Source of the DNA: Vulcanimicrobiota bacterium
GTDB lineage: Bacteria; Vulcanimicrobiota; Xenobia; Xenobiales; JADMJV01
Assembly (NCBI GenBank): GCA_050250895.1
Contig: JBFWNU010000001.1
Location: 776,008-840,007 of the forward strand
Length of the DNA stretch: 64,000 bases
Reading direction: 5' to 3'
Shown: positions 46,696 to 53,859 of the stretch, in pieces
Layout of the letters: the number at the start of each line of letters is the position of its first letter
Numbering within the stretch: position 1 is the first letter of the stretch
The notes under the pieces: generated by a model
The model's database searches: none
Told to the model about the DNA's origin: nothing
The model's input: the letters and a program-made list of their open reading frames with translations, nothing else
Made by a program: the position numbers and the translations under genes

Positions 46696-47819
46696 TGCGT
46701 CGGCGGATGAAACCCCAGGTGAAGGGCGCTGCGCACCAGCTTCGTGCCGAGTTCGGTCCGGGCCTCGAAGTCAAGACTAAGAGGCAACTCGAATAGCAGG
46801 GATACGCCAGCGCCGCCTTTGCCGGCTTCTTGCACCAGGGTCCCATCGTAGCGATAGGGCACCAGGCGAAAGTCATGCTCGCGCAGGACCGGCTCGAAGG
46901 CCTTCAGAAAGGCAAGGCTCTGCGGGGTGGGGTGGAAAATGCACAGACGGCCGGCCCGCCCCTGGTCCCATTCGGCCAGCCCCTCGTGCAAGTCGATCGC
47001 CAGGCCTGCCTGCTGAGCGGCACTACAGATCTCGGCCGCCCGTTGCTGCTCGGGAGTACCGTTAGGGTCGCCCGGAAAGATGCGGTTCATATCGACCGAT
47101 TGCCCGTCCTCACCGAGGTTGCGACGGCTAATCATCATGCCGGCCCAGGGATTGCCGTTGGAGAAAGTGCGCACCCGAGACTCGGGATGCTCGTCGTGGA
47201 TGGTCCCTGCCACGGCCATGCCGGAGAGTTCGTTGCCATGGACGCCTCCCACCACGACCGCCTTGCGCACCCGCTCTACCCCGTCGCTCGGGCGCATGTC
47301 TAGCCAGTCGCAGACCTGGTCGACGTTGGCGAAAACCATGTGCTGGGCCAGCAGTTGTGGATGCTCGTGCTTGAGCTGGCCAAAAACCTCGCGGGTGGCG
47401 GCGGGGTCGTCGGCCAGCCGAGCGCGCAGGGCCTCGACTTCACGAGGCAAGGTGCCGGCGTTGCGACGGTGAACCTCGAGCCGGTGCAGCAACCCGTCGC
47501 GAACCCGGTCGCTCATTCCATGGCCGGCCGTTCCCTTGAGCACCGCGTGACAGTCCTCGAAGAGCAGGATAGGCCGCCGACTCACTTTTGGCGGCTCCTG
47601 CCAATCCAGGGTTTTCGGAGCCGCCGCGAGCTGGCAAGTGGGGCCTTTGGGCACCGCCGGCGGCGGGGGCTCGGTGGGTGACGGTTTGGCGGCCGGGGCT
47701 GCCCCTAGCTCGCATTGGTCGAGGGGAAGGGGGGCCTCGTCGGTGGCGGGAGCCACAGTGAAGGCTCGATGGGGCGGAACAAACGCTTCCCGACGACCGA
47801 CGATCCCCTGCAACTCCAT
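46692..47819 (-). CDS. Succinylglutamate desuccinylase/aspartoacylase (M14-like) protein with Pro-rich N-terminal extension
   Basis: GGVHGNE, NPWA, DMNRIFPG, IDLHE. Confidence 0.8.
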   Translation of the reverse strand: MELQGIVGRREAFVPPHRAFTVAPATDEAPLPLDQCELGAAPAAKPSPTEPPPPAVPKGPTCQLAAAPKTLDWQEPPKVSRRPILLFEDCHAVLKGTAGHGMSDRVRDGLLHRLEVHRRNAGTLPREVEALRARLADDPAATREVFGQLKHEHPQLLAQHMVFANVDQVCDWLDMRPSDGVERVRKAVVVGGVHGNELSGMAVAGTIHDEHPESRVRTFSNGNPWAGMMISRRNLGEDGQSVDMNRIFPGDPNGTPEQQRAAEICSAAQQAGLAIDLHEGLAEWDQGRAGRLCIFHPTPQSLAFLKAFEPVLREHDFRLVPYRYDGTLVQEAGKGGAGVSLLFELPLSLDFEARTELGTKLVRSALHLGFHPPTQ

Positions 47820-47825
47820 AGCATG

Positions 47826-47854
47826 GTTATGCCACCCCTATAAGGTCGTGTCAA
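47826..47854 (-). promoter_or_regulatory. Sigma70-type promoter of the signalling operon (leaderless)
   Basis: TTGACA-17 nt-CATAAC with extended TG, 6 nt before ATG 47819. Confidence 0.55.
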
Positions 47855-47860
47855 GCTCAC

Positions 47861-47917
47861 AAAAAAAAGGGTTCCGCATAGCGGAACCAACTAGGAGCTA
47901 TCTATTCTCACTCAACC
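47861..47917 (-). ncRNA. Candidate ~57-nt small RNA
   Basis: Lies between direct-repeat promoter box 2 and terminator ggttccgc-tat-gcggaacc-c-T8; no meaningful ORF. Confidence 0.6.
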
Positions 47918-47922
47918 AGATA

Positions 47923-47954
47923 AGCTTAAGCCCACCATCTTGAAAAATCCTTGA
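47923..47954 (-). promoter_or_regulatory. SARP-type direct-repeat promoter (box 2)
   Basis: TCAAG gatttt TCAAG atggtgggct TAAGCT. Confidence 0.75.
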
Positions 47955-47962
47955 CGGGGGTT

Positions 47963-47996
47963 AGAAAGAAAAAAGGGCCCCGTGTTACCGGGGCCC
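47963..47996 (-). terminator. Intrinsic terminator of 48021..48314
   Basis: gggccccg-gtaaca-cggggccc followed by ttttttctttct on the minus strand. Confidence 0.85.
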
Positions 47997-48020
47997 GATA
48001 GCGCGTTCAACTAAGAACTC

Positions 48021-48314
48021 TTACTTGTGCAGGGCTTCGCTGACGCCGATCCCCGCGCACATAAAGCCGGCCATGACCGAGCTAAATCCTGTATAAGGGA
48101 AACCTACCAGGGCCAAACCGACTCCGCCGGCCATCAACACGCCGCCTGCGGCGAACCAACGACCGGGCTGCGGCTGGCTGGCCGTGGTCGAAGGGGTGAA
48201 GGTCTCGGTGGGCTCCGAATTCGATGCCGCGCGGCTCGACTGGGCTGGAACGGACGTGGCTTGTCGAGTATAAACTCTAGCAATGGATGGGCTGTTGAAG
48301 TGCGAACGAATCAT
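48021..48314 (-). CDS. Small membrane protein with disordered N-terminus, ETFTPS motif and two TM helices
   Basis: GAGGAGG RBS before ATG 48314; MIRSHFNSPS...SEPTETFTPS...WFAAGGVLMAGGVGLALVG. Confidence 0.78.
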   Translation of the reverse strand: MIRSHFNSPSIARVYTRQATSVPAQSSRAASNSEPTETFTPSTTASQPQPGRWFAAGGVLMAGGVGLALVGFPYTGFSSVMAGFMCAGIGVSEALHK

Positions 48315-48357
48315 CTTATCCTCCTCAGGCTGGCTCTGGGTCCTGCCTCCTGACATC

Positions 48358-48389
48358 AGACTAGCCGGCCCACCTTGACTTTTCCTTGA
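48358..48389 (-). promoter_or_regulatory. SARP-type direct-repeat promoter (box 3)
   Basis: TCAAG gaaaag TCAAG gtgggccggc TAGTCT. Confidence 0.75.
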
Positions 48390-48398
48390 GCTGAAAAG

Positions 48399-48430
48399 TC
48401 AAGGTCAAGTCAAGGCTGAGCACCTATAGT
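48399..48430 (+). promoter_or_regulatory. SARP-type direct-repeat promoter (box 4, leaderless)
   Basis: TCAAG gtcaag TCAAG gctgagcacc TATAGT, 6 nt before ATG 48437. Confidence 0.75.
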
Positions 48431-48436
48431 AGGGTC

Positions 48437-48697
48437 ATGATCATTTCGACGCATTCACCCAAACATCGCTCTTCCTTGGCTCGCCCGGCTGTGGCCCGGC
48501 CCGAGCCCGAACCGCAAGACACTTACACGCCTGGCTCTCGCCCGGTGGTCATGGCCACGCCGGTCTTGACCATGTTCGGAGCGGCCGGCCTGGGCATCTA
48601 TCATGGTTCCTGGGCGCTGGGCCTGGTCGGGGCAGCCGGTGGGGCTTGCCTGGGGGTGGCCCTCGACTACGGCTTCAACAAATGGATGGCCTCATGA
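48437..48697 (+). CDS. Small membrane protein with disordered N-terminus, DTYTP motif and two Gly-rich TM helices
   Basis: MIISTHSPK...EPEPQDTYTPGS...VLTMFGAAGLG...LGLVGAAGGACLGVAL. Confidence 0.75.
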   Translation: MIISTHSPKHRSSLARPAVARPEPEPQDTYTPGSRPVVMATPVLTMFGAAGLGIYHGSWALGLVGAAGGACLGVALDYGFNKWMAS

Positions 48698-48715
48698 AGA
48701 GGCTTGACACCGTGT

Positions 48716-49903
48716 CTAGCCTACTCGACGAGGCTTTTCGTGGATCGTGCCCGGCCTGCTAGCGGGAGGCTCAGGGGCCACGACTTTGGCGTAGACCGAG
48801 ACCAGCGCAAAACGCATCCGCTCTTTCCAGCAGCGGGTCAGCGGCTCGTCGCGGGTGACGTGAAAATAGGTATGGACAATCTTCTTGAGCACGCTCGACT
48901 CCATCATGTTTCCCCGCACGCGGCCGGTCTCGCGGTTGGCAGCCTCGACCGAGAAACGGTAGCGGTGCCCGGCAAACTCTTTGTTGGCGCGCACTGCCCG
49001 GTCATAGACCTGATCGATCAGATTCTTGGGCTTACCGCACTCGATGCGGGTTCCCAGACAGATCTCGGTCTCTTCCATGACGGCCCCGATGGGCACATAG
49101 TCGCCCACGCAGTTGAGTACTTCCAAAGCGGGCAGGCGGCTCTGATCGCGGTTGGTCAACGCCATGAAGTCGCGCAGCCCCTGATCGATGGGTAAGAGGT
49201 TAAGCTGAGCCGTCGGGTCGAGGTCCATGCGCACGGCATTGACCCCGGCCTTGTTGAGCTTGCGATAGCTCTCGAGAAACATATACAGCCCGAACGTACT
49301 GCCCTCGTAAGCGCCGGTCTTGGAATGGCCCACGCAGATGCTGGGGCGGATGATGCTCAGGGCGATATGGCTGCCGGCGGCCTCTTGAGCCAGCGACAGC
49401 TCGGTCATGCTCTTGGACATCTGATAGCCGTTGAGGAAATGGTCAGGCACTACCAGGTTCTCGGGCACCGGTCCCCGGTGCAAACCAGCCGAATAGGCTG
49501 TGGAAACGTAGTGAAACCGTCGACAATTGGGAGCATGGCGCTTGAGCACCCGCAGCAAGCCTACCGACCCGGCCACGTTGGTGATCATGCTATTGAAACT
49601 ACGCTTGCGTGAATACGACATCTCGGCTGCGCAGTGCCACACCATATCGACCTGATCAAGTCCCTTGGGCGGCAGCTGTCCCGGTTCAGCGCCCAATTCC
49701 CAGTGAGCGGCCTCAAGACGCGAACGCTCTTCGGGGGTCAAAGCCCAGCCCACGGCCACCGAGGCCTGCTCCACCGCCCGACGGATCTTGTCCGGGCCAC
49801 TTCGACCCAGACAAAGCACGCGATGGCCCTCCCTGAGCAGATTAGCCGCCAGAGCACTTCCTAAAAAGCCCGTGGCACCGGTCAATAAGATCGTCGAAGC
49901 CAT
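48716..49903 (-). CDS. Extended SDR / fatty acyl reductase-like (NAD_binding_4) protein
   Basis: LLTGATGFLG, WHCAA, YVSTAY, YQMSK, IRPSICVG; ATG 49903 with AAGGGA. Confidence 0.88.
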   Translation of the reverse strand: MASTILLTGATGFLGSALAANLLREGHRVLCLGRSGPDKIRRAVEQASVAVGWALTPEERSRLEAAHWELGAEPGQLPPKGLDQVDMVWHCAAEMSYSRKRSFNSMITNVAGSVGLLRVLKRHAPNCRRFHYVSTAYSAGLHRGPVPENLVVPDHFLNGYQMSKSMTELSLAQEAAGSHIALSIIRPSICVGHSKTGAYEGSTFGLYMFLESYRKLNKAGVNAVRMDLDPTAQLNLLPIDQGLRDFMALTNRDQSRLPALEVLNCVGDYVPIGAVMEETEICLGTRIECGKPKNLIDQVYDRAVRANKEFAGHRYRFSVEAANRETGRVRGNMMESSVLKKIVHTYFHVTRDEPLTRCWKERMRFALVSVYAKVVAPEPPASRPGTIHEKPRRVG

Positions 49904-50010
49904 TTCAGTCCCCTTCCAAGTTCCGCCGCAGATACCACGAAGGGGGTGACAATTCCTCCGTCTGGAGACGGTCAACAGGAACCAATCCTGACAAGCAGAA
50001 GGGGTGTTCG

Positions 50011-51372
50011 GTGTTCCGCCACAGCTCGCACCAGTTACTCGACAACCCACCCGCCCTCCACTATGGCGCTGCAGCCGTGGATATCGACGGTGATGGCCTT
50101 TTCGAAGTGGTAGTCGCCGGCTTTCTCGGACCCAATCGGGTGCTCAAATGGAACGGGAAGGGTTTTGTCGATGTCGCCGAGTCGATGCTGGCAGACGTCA
50201 AACGCAAGACCATCGGGGTAGCCGGCTGCGATCTCGACGGCGATGGTCGTGAGGAGATCTATTTCCTCAACACCGACACCTTCGCCGGTCCCAAGCGTCA
50301 CTCGGATACCCTGCTAAAACACACTCCCGACGGTTGGATCGACCTGTTTCACCTCGACCAGAACGTCGAATTCGCCAATCTTACGGCCGGACGTTCAGTG
50401 GCCGTGCTCGACCGGCAGGGCAACGGTCGCTATGGATTCGTGGTGGCCAACTACGCCGGCCCTTTGGCTCTATTCGAGGCCGACACCGAGGGCCGAGTGC
50501 GGGATGTGGCTCCTCAGGCCCGGATCGACCGGGTCACGGGTGGGCGCGGCCTGGTCTGCGCCCCGCTTTTCGAGAGCCCCCTGCCCGACCTTTTCTGCAA
50601 CAACGAGAACGGCCCCAACTTTCTCTTCCGCAATTTGGGGGACGGCCGCTTCGACGAGGTGGCCGCGCTCTGCGGCGTGGCCGATGCCGGCCTGAACGGG
50701 CGCGGCGTGGCCGTGCTCGATGCCCGCCGAGATCGAAGACTGGACCTGGTTTGCGCCAACTGGGAAGGACCGGCCCGGCTCTATCGCCAGCGCGAGCGCG
50801 GACGCTACGAGGAGGCCACTCCGCCGGCCCTGGACCGCCCCGGGCCGACCCGAACCGTAGTGGTGGCGGACTTCGACCATGATGGCCACGAAGAGATCTT
50901 CTTCAACAACCTCAGCGCGCCTAACCGGCTCTTTGGCTGGCGTCAGGGGGGCTGGGTGGAACTCGATGTGGGCGAAGCGGCCGAGGCCGGTGCCTGGGGA
51001 ACGGGAGCGGTGGTCGGAGACTTCGACCAGGATGGTCGACTCGAGCTGTTGATCTGTCACGGCGAAGAGAAGATGGAGAGCCTGAGCCTGTTTCGCCCCG
51101 AGTCGGTGGGGCACCACCTGCGCGTCATGCCGCTGACCACGGCCGGCGCTCCGGCCCGCGGGGCCCGGGTGATCATCCGGGCCGGCGACCGCGAGCAGGT
51201 GCGAATCATCGATGGGGGAAGCGGGTATCTCTGTCAGATGGAACCCGTTGCCCATTTCGGGCTAGGCCCGCTGACCGAAGTCGAAGAGGTCGAGATTCGC
51301 TGGCCAGACGGCGCCGAAGTGAAGCTGGGCCGCCAATCGGCCGAGCAGACACTGAAAGTGAGACATCCGTGA
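50011..51372 (+). CDS. CRTAC1 family protein (FG-GAP repeats + ASPIC/UnbV)
   Basis: DIDGDG, DLDGDGREEI, DFDHDGHEEI, DFDQDGRLEL repeats; GSGYLCQMEPVAHFGLG; IRWPDG. Confidence 0.92.
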   Translation: MFRHSSHQLLDNPPALHYGAAAVDIDGDGLFEVVVAGFLGPNRVLKWNGKGFVDVAESMLADVKRKTIGVAGCDLDGDGREEIYFLNTDTFAGPKRHSDTLLKHTPDGWIDLFHLDQNVEFANLTAGRSVAVLDRQGNGRYGFVVANYAGPLALFEADTEGRVRDVAPQARIDRVTGGRGLVCAPLFESPLPDLFCNNENGPNFLFRNLGDGRFDEVAALCGVADAGLNGRGVAVLDARRDRRLDLVCANWEGPARLYRQRERGRYEEATPPALDRPGPTRTVVVADFDHDGHEEIFFNNLSAPNRLFGWRQGGWVELDVGEAAEAGAWGTGAVVGDFDQDGRLELLICHGEEKMESLSLFRPESVGHHLRVMPLTTAGAPARGARVIIRAGDREQVRIIDGGSGYLCQMEPVAHFGLGPLTEVEEVEIRWPDGAEVKLGRQSAEQTLKVRHP

Positions 51373-51842
51373 CCTATCTAGTACTGGCCCTGTTGATCGC
51401 CATCACGTTGGGTCCCTCGTTCTTGATCGCCCGGGTCCAGGCCAGGGCCATCAAAGAGTGGTATCCCAGCCTGAAGAAACCGCGCTGGAATCCGCCCAAC
51501 TGGATTTTTGGACCGGTCTGGACGGTGCTCTACCTGGCGATGGCGGTGGCTATGTGGCTGGTCTGGCAGGCTGAACCCGCCAACCGACTGGCCTGGCAGC
51601 TGTTCTTAGGACAGCTGCTGCTTAACCACAGCTGGTCGCCAATCTTCTTCGTGTGGCGGCGGCTGGGAGCGGCCCTCATCGTGCTTTTCGGCCTATGGCT
51701 GGCGGTGCTGGCCACCACCGTCTGCTTTTTCACCCTCTCGGTCCAAGCCGGGCAGCTGATGTTGCCCTACCTGGCCTGGGTTTCTTTTGCCGGCTTGCTC
51801 AACTATCGCATCTGGCGCGACAACCCTCAGGAAAGATCATGA
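51369..51842 (+). CDS. tspO: TspO/MBR family protein
   Basis: WYPSLKKPRWNPPNWIFGPVWTVLY, PYLAWVSFA. Confidence 0.95.
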   Translation: MTYLVLALLIAITLGPSFLIARVQARAIKEWYPSLKKPRWNPPNWIFGPVWTVLYLAMAVAMWLVWQAEPANRLAWQLFLGQLLLNHSWSPIFFVWRRLGAALIVLFGLWLAVLATTVCFFTLSVQAGQLMLPYLAWVSFAGLLNYRIWRDNPQERS

Positions 51843-53086
51843 AAGCTGAAATTCTAGTGGTGGGCAGTGAACTGCTTTCGCCCCTCAAGCTCGACACCAA
51901 CTCGCTGTGGCTGACCGAGCAACTCAACGAACTCGGCATCGAAGTCACCTGCAAGATCGTGGTCGGCGATGACCTGGGCGACCTTACGGCCGCCTTTCGT
52001 CTAGCTCTGGACCGCTCAGAGCTGGTCCTCTCCACCGGTGGACTGGGGCCGACCCTCGACGATCTGACTCGCGATGCCGTCGCGGCCGCCACCGGTCGCG
52101 AGCTGGTCTGCGACGAGTCGATCGTGGAGTACATCCGCGGCCGTTTTGCCGCCAGGGGGCTACAGATGGCCGACAACAATCGTCGCCAGGCCCTGGTCCC
52201 GGCGGGGGCCGAGGTCATGCCCAACCCCAACGGCACCGCCCCGGGCTTGCGCTTACTCCACAACGGTGTCAAGCTCGCCATCATGCCCGGCCCCCCACGC
52301 GAGATGAAGGCTATGTTCAGCCAGCACGTGCGGCCGTGGCTGGAAGAATCTGCCGGTGCCCTGCGGGTGATGCGCAAAGTGCTCTATGTGACTGGAATAG
52401 GCGAATCGGACATGGACGCGCTCATCGGCCCCATCTACAGCCAGACCGACAATCCCAGCACGACCATCAACTTCACTGCCACCGACCTCGAGATCCATCT
52501 GACCGGACGCGGCTCCAGCCTCGAGGAGGCGGCGGCCCGCATCGAAGAACTGGTGGCCCAATTCTTGCCTAAGCTGGGCTCCAAGTGCTACAGCACCGAC
52601 GGTCGCAACCTCGAGCAGGTGGTCGGCGCCGAACTGGCCGGCCGGGGCTTGACGGTGGCCACCGCCGAGAGCCTCACCGGAGGCCTCATCGGCGAGCGGA
52701 TCACCCGGGTGGCCGGCTCGAGCGCCTATTTCGTGGGCGGCTTCACCACCTACACCGACCAGATGAAGCGCCAGCTCCTGGGCATCCCCGCTGATCTTCT
52801 CGACACCCACGGGGCGGTCAGCGCCCCTGTGGCCGAGGCGATGGCTATTCAGGCCCGGGAGCTGACCCGGGCCGATCTGGCCGTTTCCGCCACCGGCTTT
52901 GCCGGTCCCGACGGAGGCACCGCCGACGATCCGGTGGGTACGGTCTACCTCGGGGTGGCCGACGCCCAGGGAGCCACGGTGCGCCGCCTATCGCTGCCCG
53001 GAGACCGCGAACTGGTGCGAATGCGAGCAGCCCAGGCTGCTCTATTTCTGCTGCGCAAGACCCTGCTAGCTCATGTCCCGGCTTGA
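51839..53086 (+). CDS. cinA: Competence/damage-inducible protein CinA (molybdopterin-binding + PncC)
   Basis: VGSELL, DTNS, GGLGPTLDDLTR, NPNGTAPG, AESLTGG, HGAVS. Confidence 0.95.
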   Translation: MKAEILVVGSELLSPLKLDTNSLWLTEQLNELGIEVTCKIVVGDDLGDLTAAFRLALDRSELVLSTGGLGPTLDDLTRDAVAAATGRELVCDESIVEYIRGRFAARGLQMADNNRRQALVPAGAEVMPNPNGTAPGLRLLHNGVKLAIMPGPPREMKAMFSQHVRPWLEESAGALRVMRKVLYVTGIGESDMDALIGPIYSQTDNPSTTINFTATDLEIHLTGRGSSLEEAAARIEELVAQFLPKLGSKCYSTDGRNLEQVVGAELAGRGLTVATAESLTGGLIGERITRVAGSSAYFVGGFTTYTDQMKRQLLGIPADLLDTHGAVSAPVAEAMAIQARELTRADLAVSATGFAGPDGGTADDPVGTVYLGVADAQGATVRRLSLPGDRELVRMRAAQAALFLLRKTLLAHVPA

Positions 53087-53531
53087 GCGAGCCCAGTTCT
53101 TTCCAGTGCCCGTCGAACGGGCCTGGCAGTTCTTCACCGATGTCGACATGCTGGATCGGTTCACCCCCGACTTTTTTCGTCTCGAGGTGCTCACCCCCGA
53201 CCGGCCGGCCCTCTTTCCCGGCCAGTTCATCGATTATCGCTTACGCCTGTACGGCATCCCCTTCGCCTGGATCACCCAGATCGAGTCGGTCGACTATCCC
53301 CACAGCTTCATCGACCGCCAGGCCCGCGGCCCGTATGCCTCGTTTCGCCATCAGCACCTGTTCTATTCGATCGAGGGTGGCTGCCTCAAGGTGGACAAAT
53401 TGGATTACCAGGTGGGCTGGGGCCCACTGGGCCCCCTCCTCGACGCCCTGTTGGTGCGCCCCGCCCTGGAGGCGATCTTCGAAACTCGCAGCCAGCGCGC
53501 AGCCGAGCTGTTAGCTGGGCGTGCTGATTAA
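53073..53531 (+). CDS. SRPBCC family protein
   Basis: IDYRLRLYGIPFAWITQI, FIDRQARGPYASFRHQHLF. Confidence 0.9.
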   Translation: MSRLERAQFFPVPVERAWQFFTDVDMLDRFTPDFFRLEVLTPDRPALFPGQFIDYRLRLYGIPFAWITQIESVDYPHSFIDRQARGPYASFRHQHLFYSIEGGCLKVDKLDYQVGWGPLGPLLDALLVRPALEAIFETRSQRAAELLAGRAD

Positions 53532-53553
53532 CCGCGAGATTGCGTCGGGACGG

Positions 53554-53616
53554 TCAGTCCATCACGACTTCGATGCCGACCTGCCGCGCGGCGCGACGCC
53601 AAAGGACCAGACTCAA
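53554..53616 (-). pseudogene. Internally deleted PIN/VapC toxin remnant
   Basis: TTG overlapping the antitoxin stop; 20 codons MSLVL-WRRAARQVGIEVVMD resembling the VapC first strand joined to its terminal helix. Confidence 0.6.
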
Positions 53617-53855
53617 AAGCGCCTTCCCTCGCTGATGAGTTCTCTGACGACGAGGCCTGACAGAAAGCGACCCTTTCTGCTGAGTTTCATCTGCTCGACC
53701 GCCTCCGCCGGCGACAATCGCGCGGTCGGGCCGGCCGGTGCCAGAATGGCCACCGCCAACCCGCGGCGAGTAATGGTGATCGTCTCTCCGGCTGCTACCA
53801 GCTCAAGCAGTGTCGCCAGGTGAGTCCTGGCTTCGTTGGCTCCGACAGTCTTCAC
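53613..53855 (-). CDS. Phd/YefM family antitoxin
   Basis: MKTVGANEARTHLATLLELVAAGETITITRRGLAVA...ELISEGRRF. Confidence 0.92.
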   Translation of the reverse strand: MKTVGANEARTHLATLLELVAAGETITITRRGLAVAILAPAGPTARLSPAEAVEQMKLSRKGRFLSGLVVRELISEGRRF

Positions 53856-53859
53856 ACCT

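Noticed and set aside
48315-48356. Longer start (ATG 48356) for the small membrane protein
   Set aside because: It lies upstream of the predicted TSS, and ATG 48314 has a strong GAGGAGG RBS.
48373-48404. 12-bp inverted repeat ccttgacttttc/gaaaagtcaagg as a terminator or IS end
   Set aside because: Explained by two back-to-back direct-repeat promoters on opposite strands; no U-tract or transposase.
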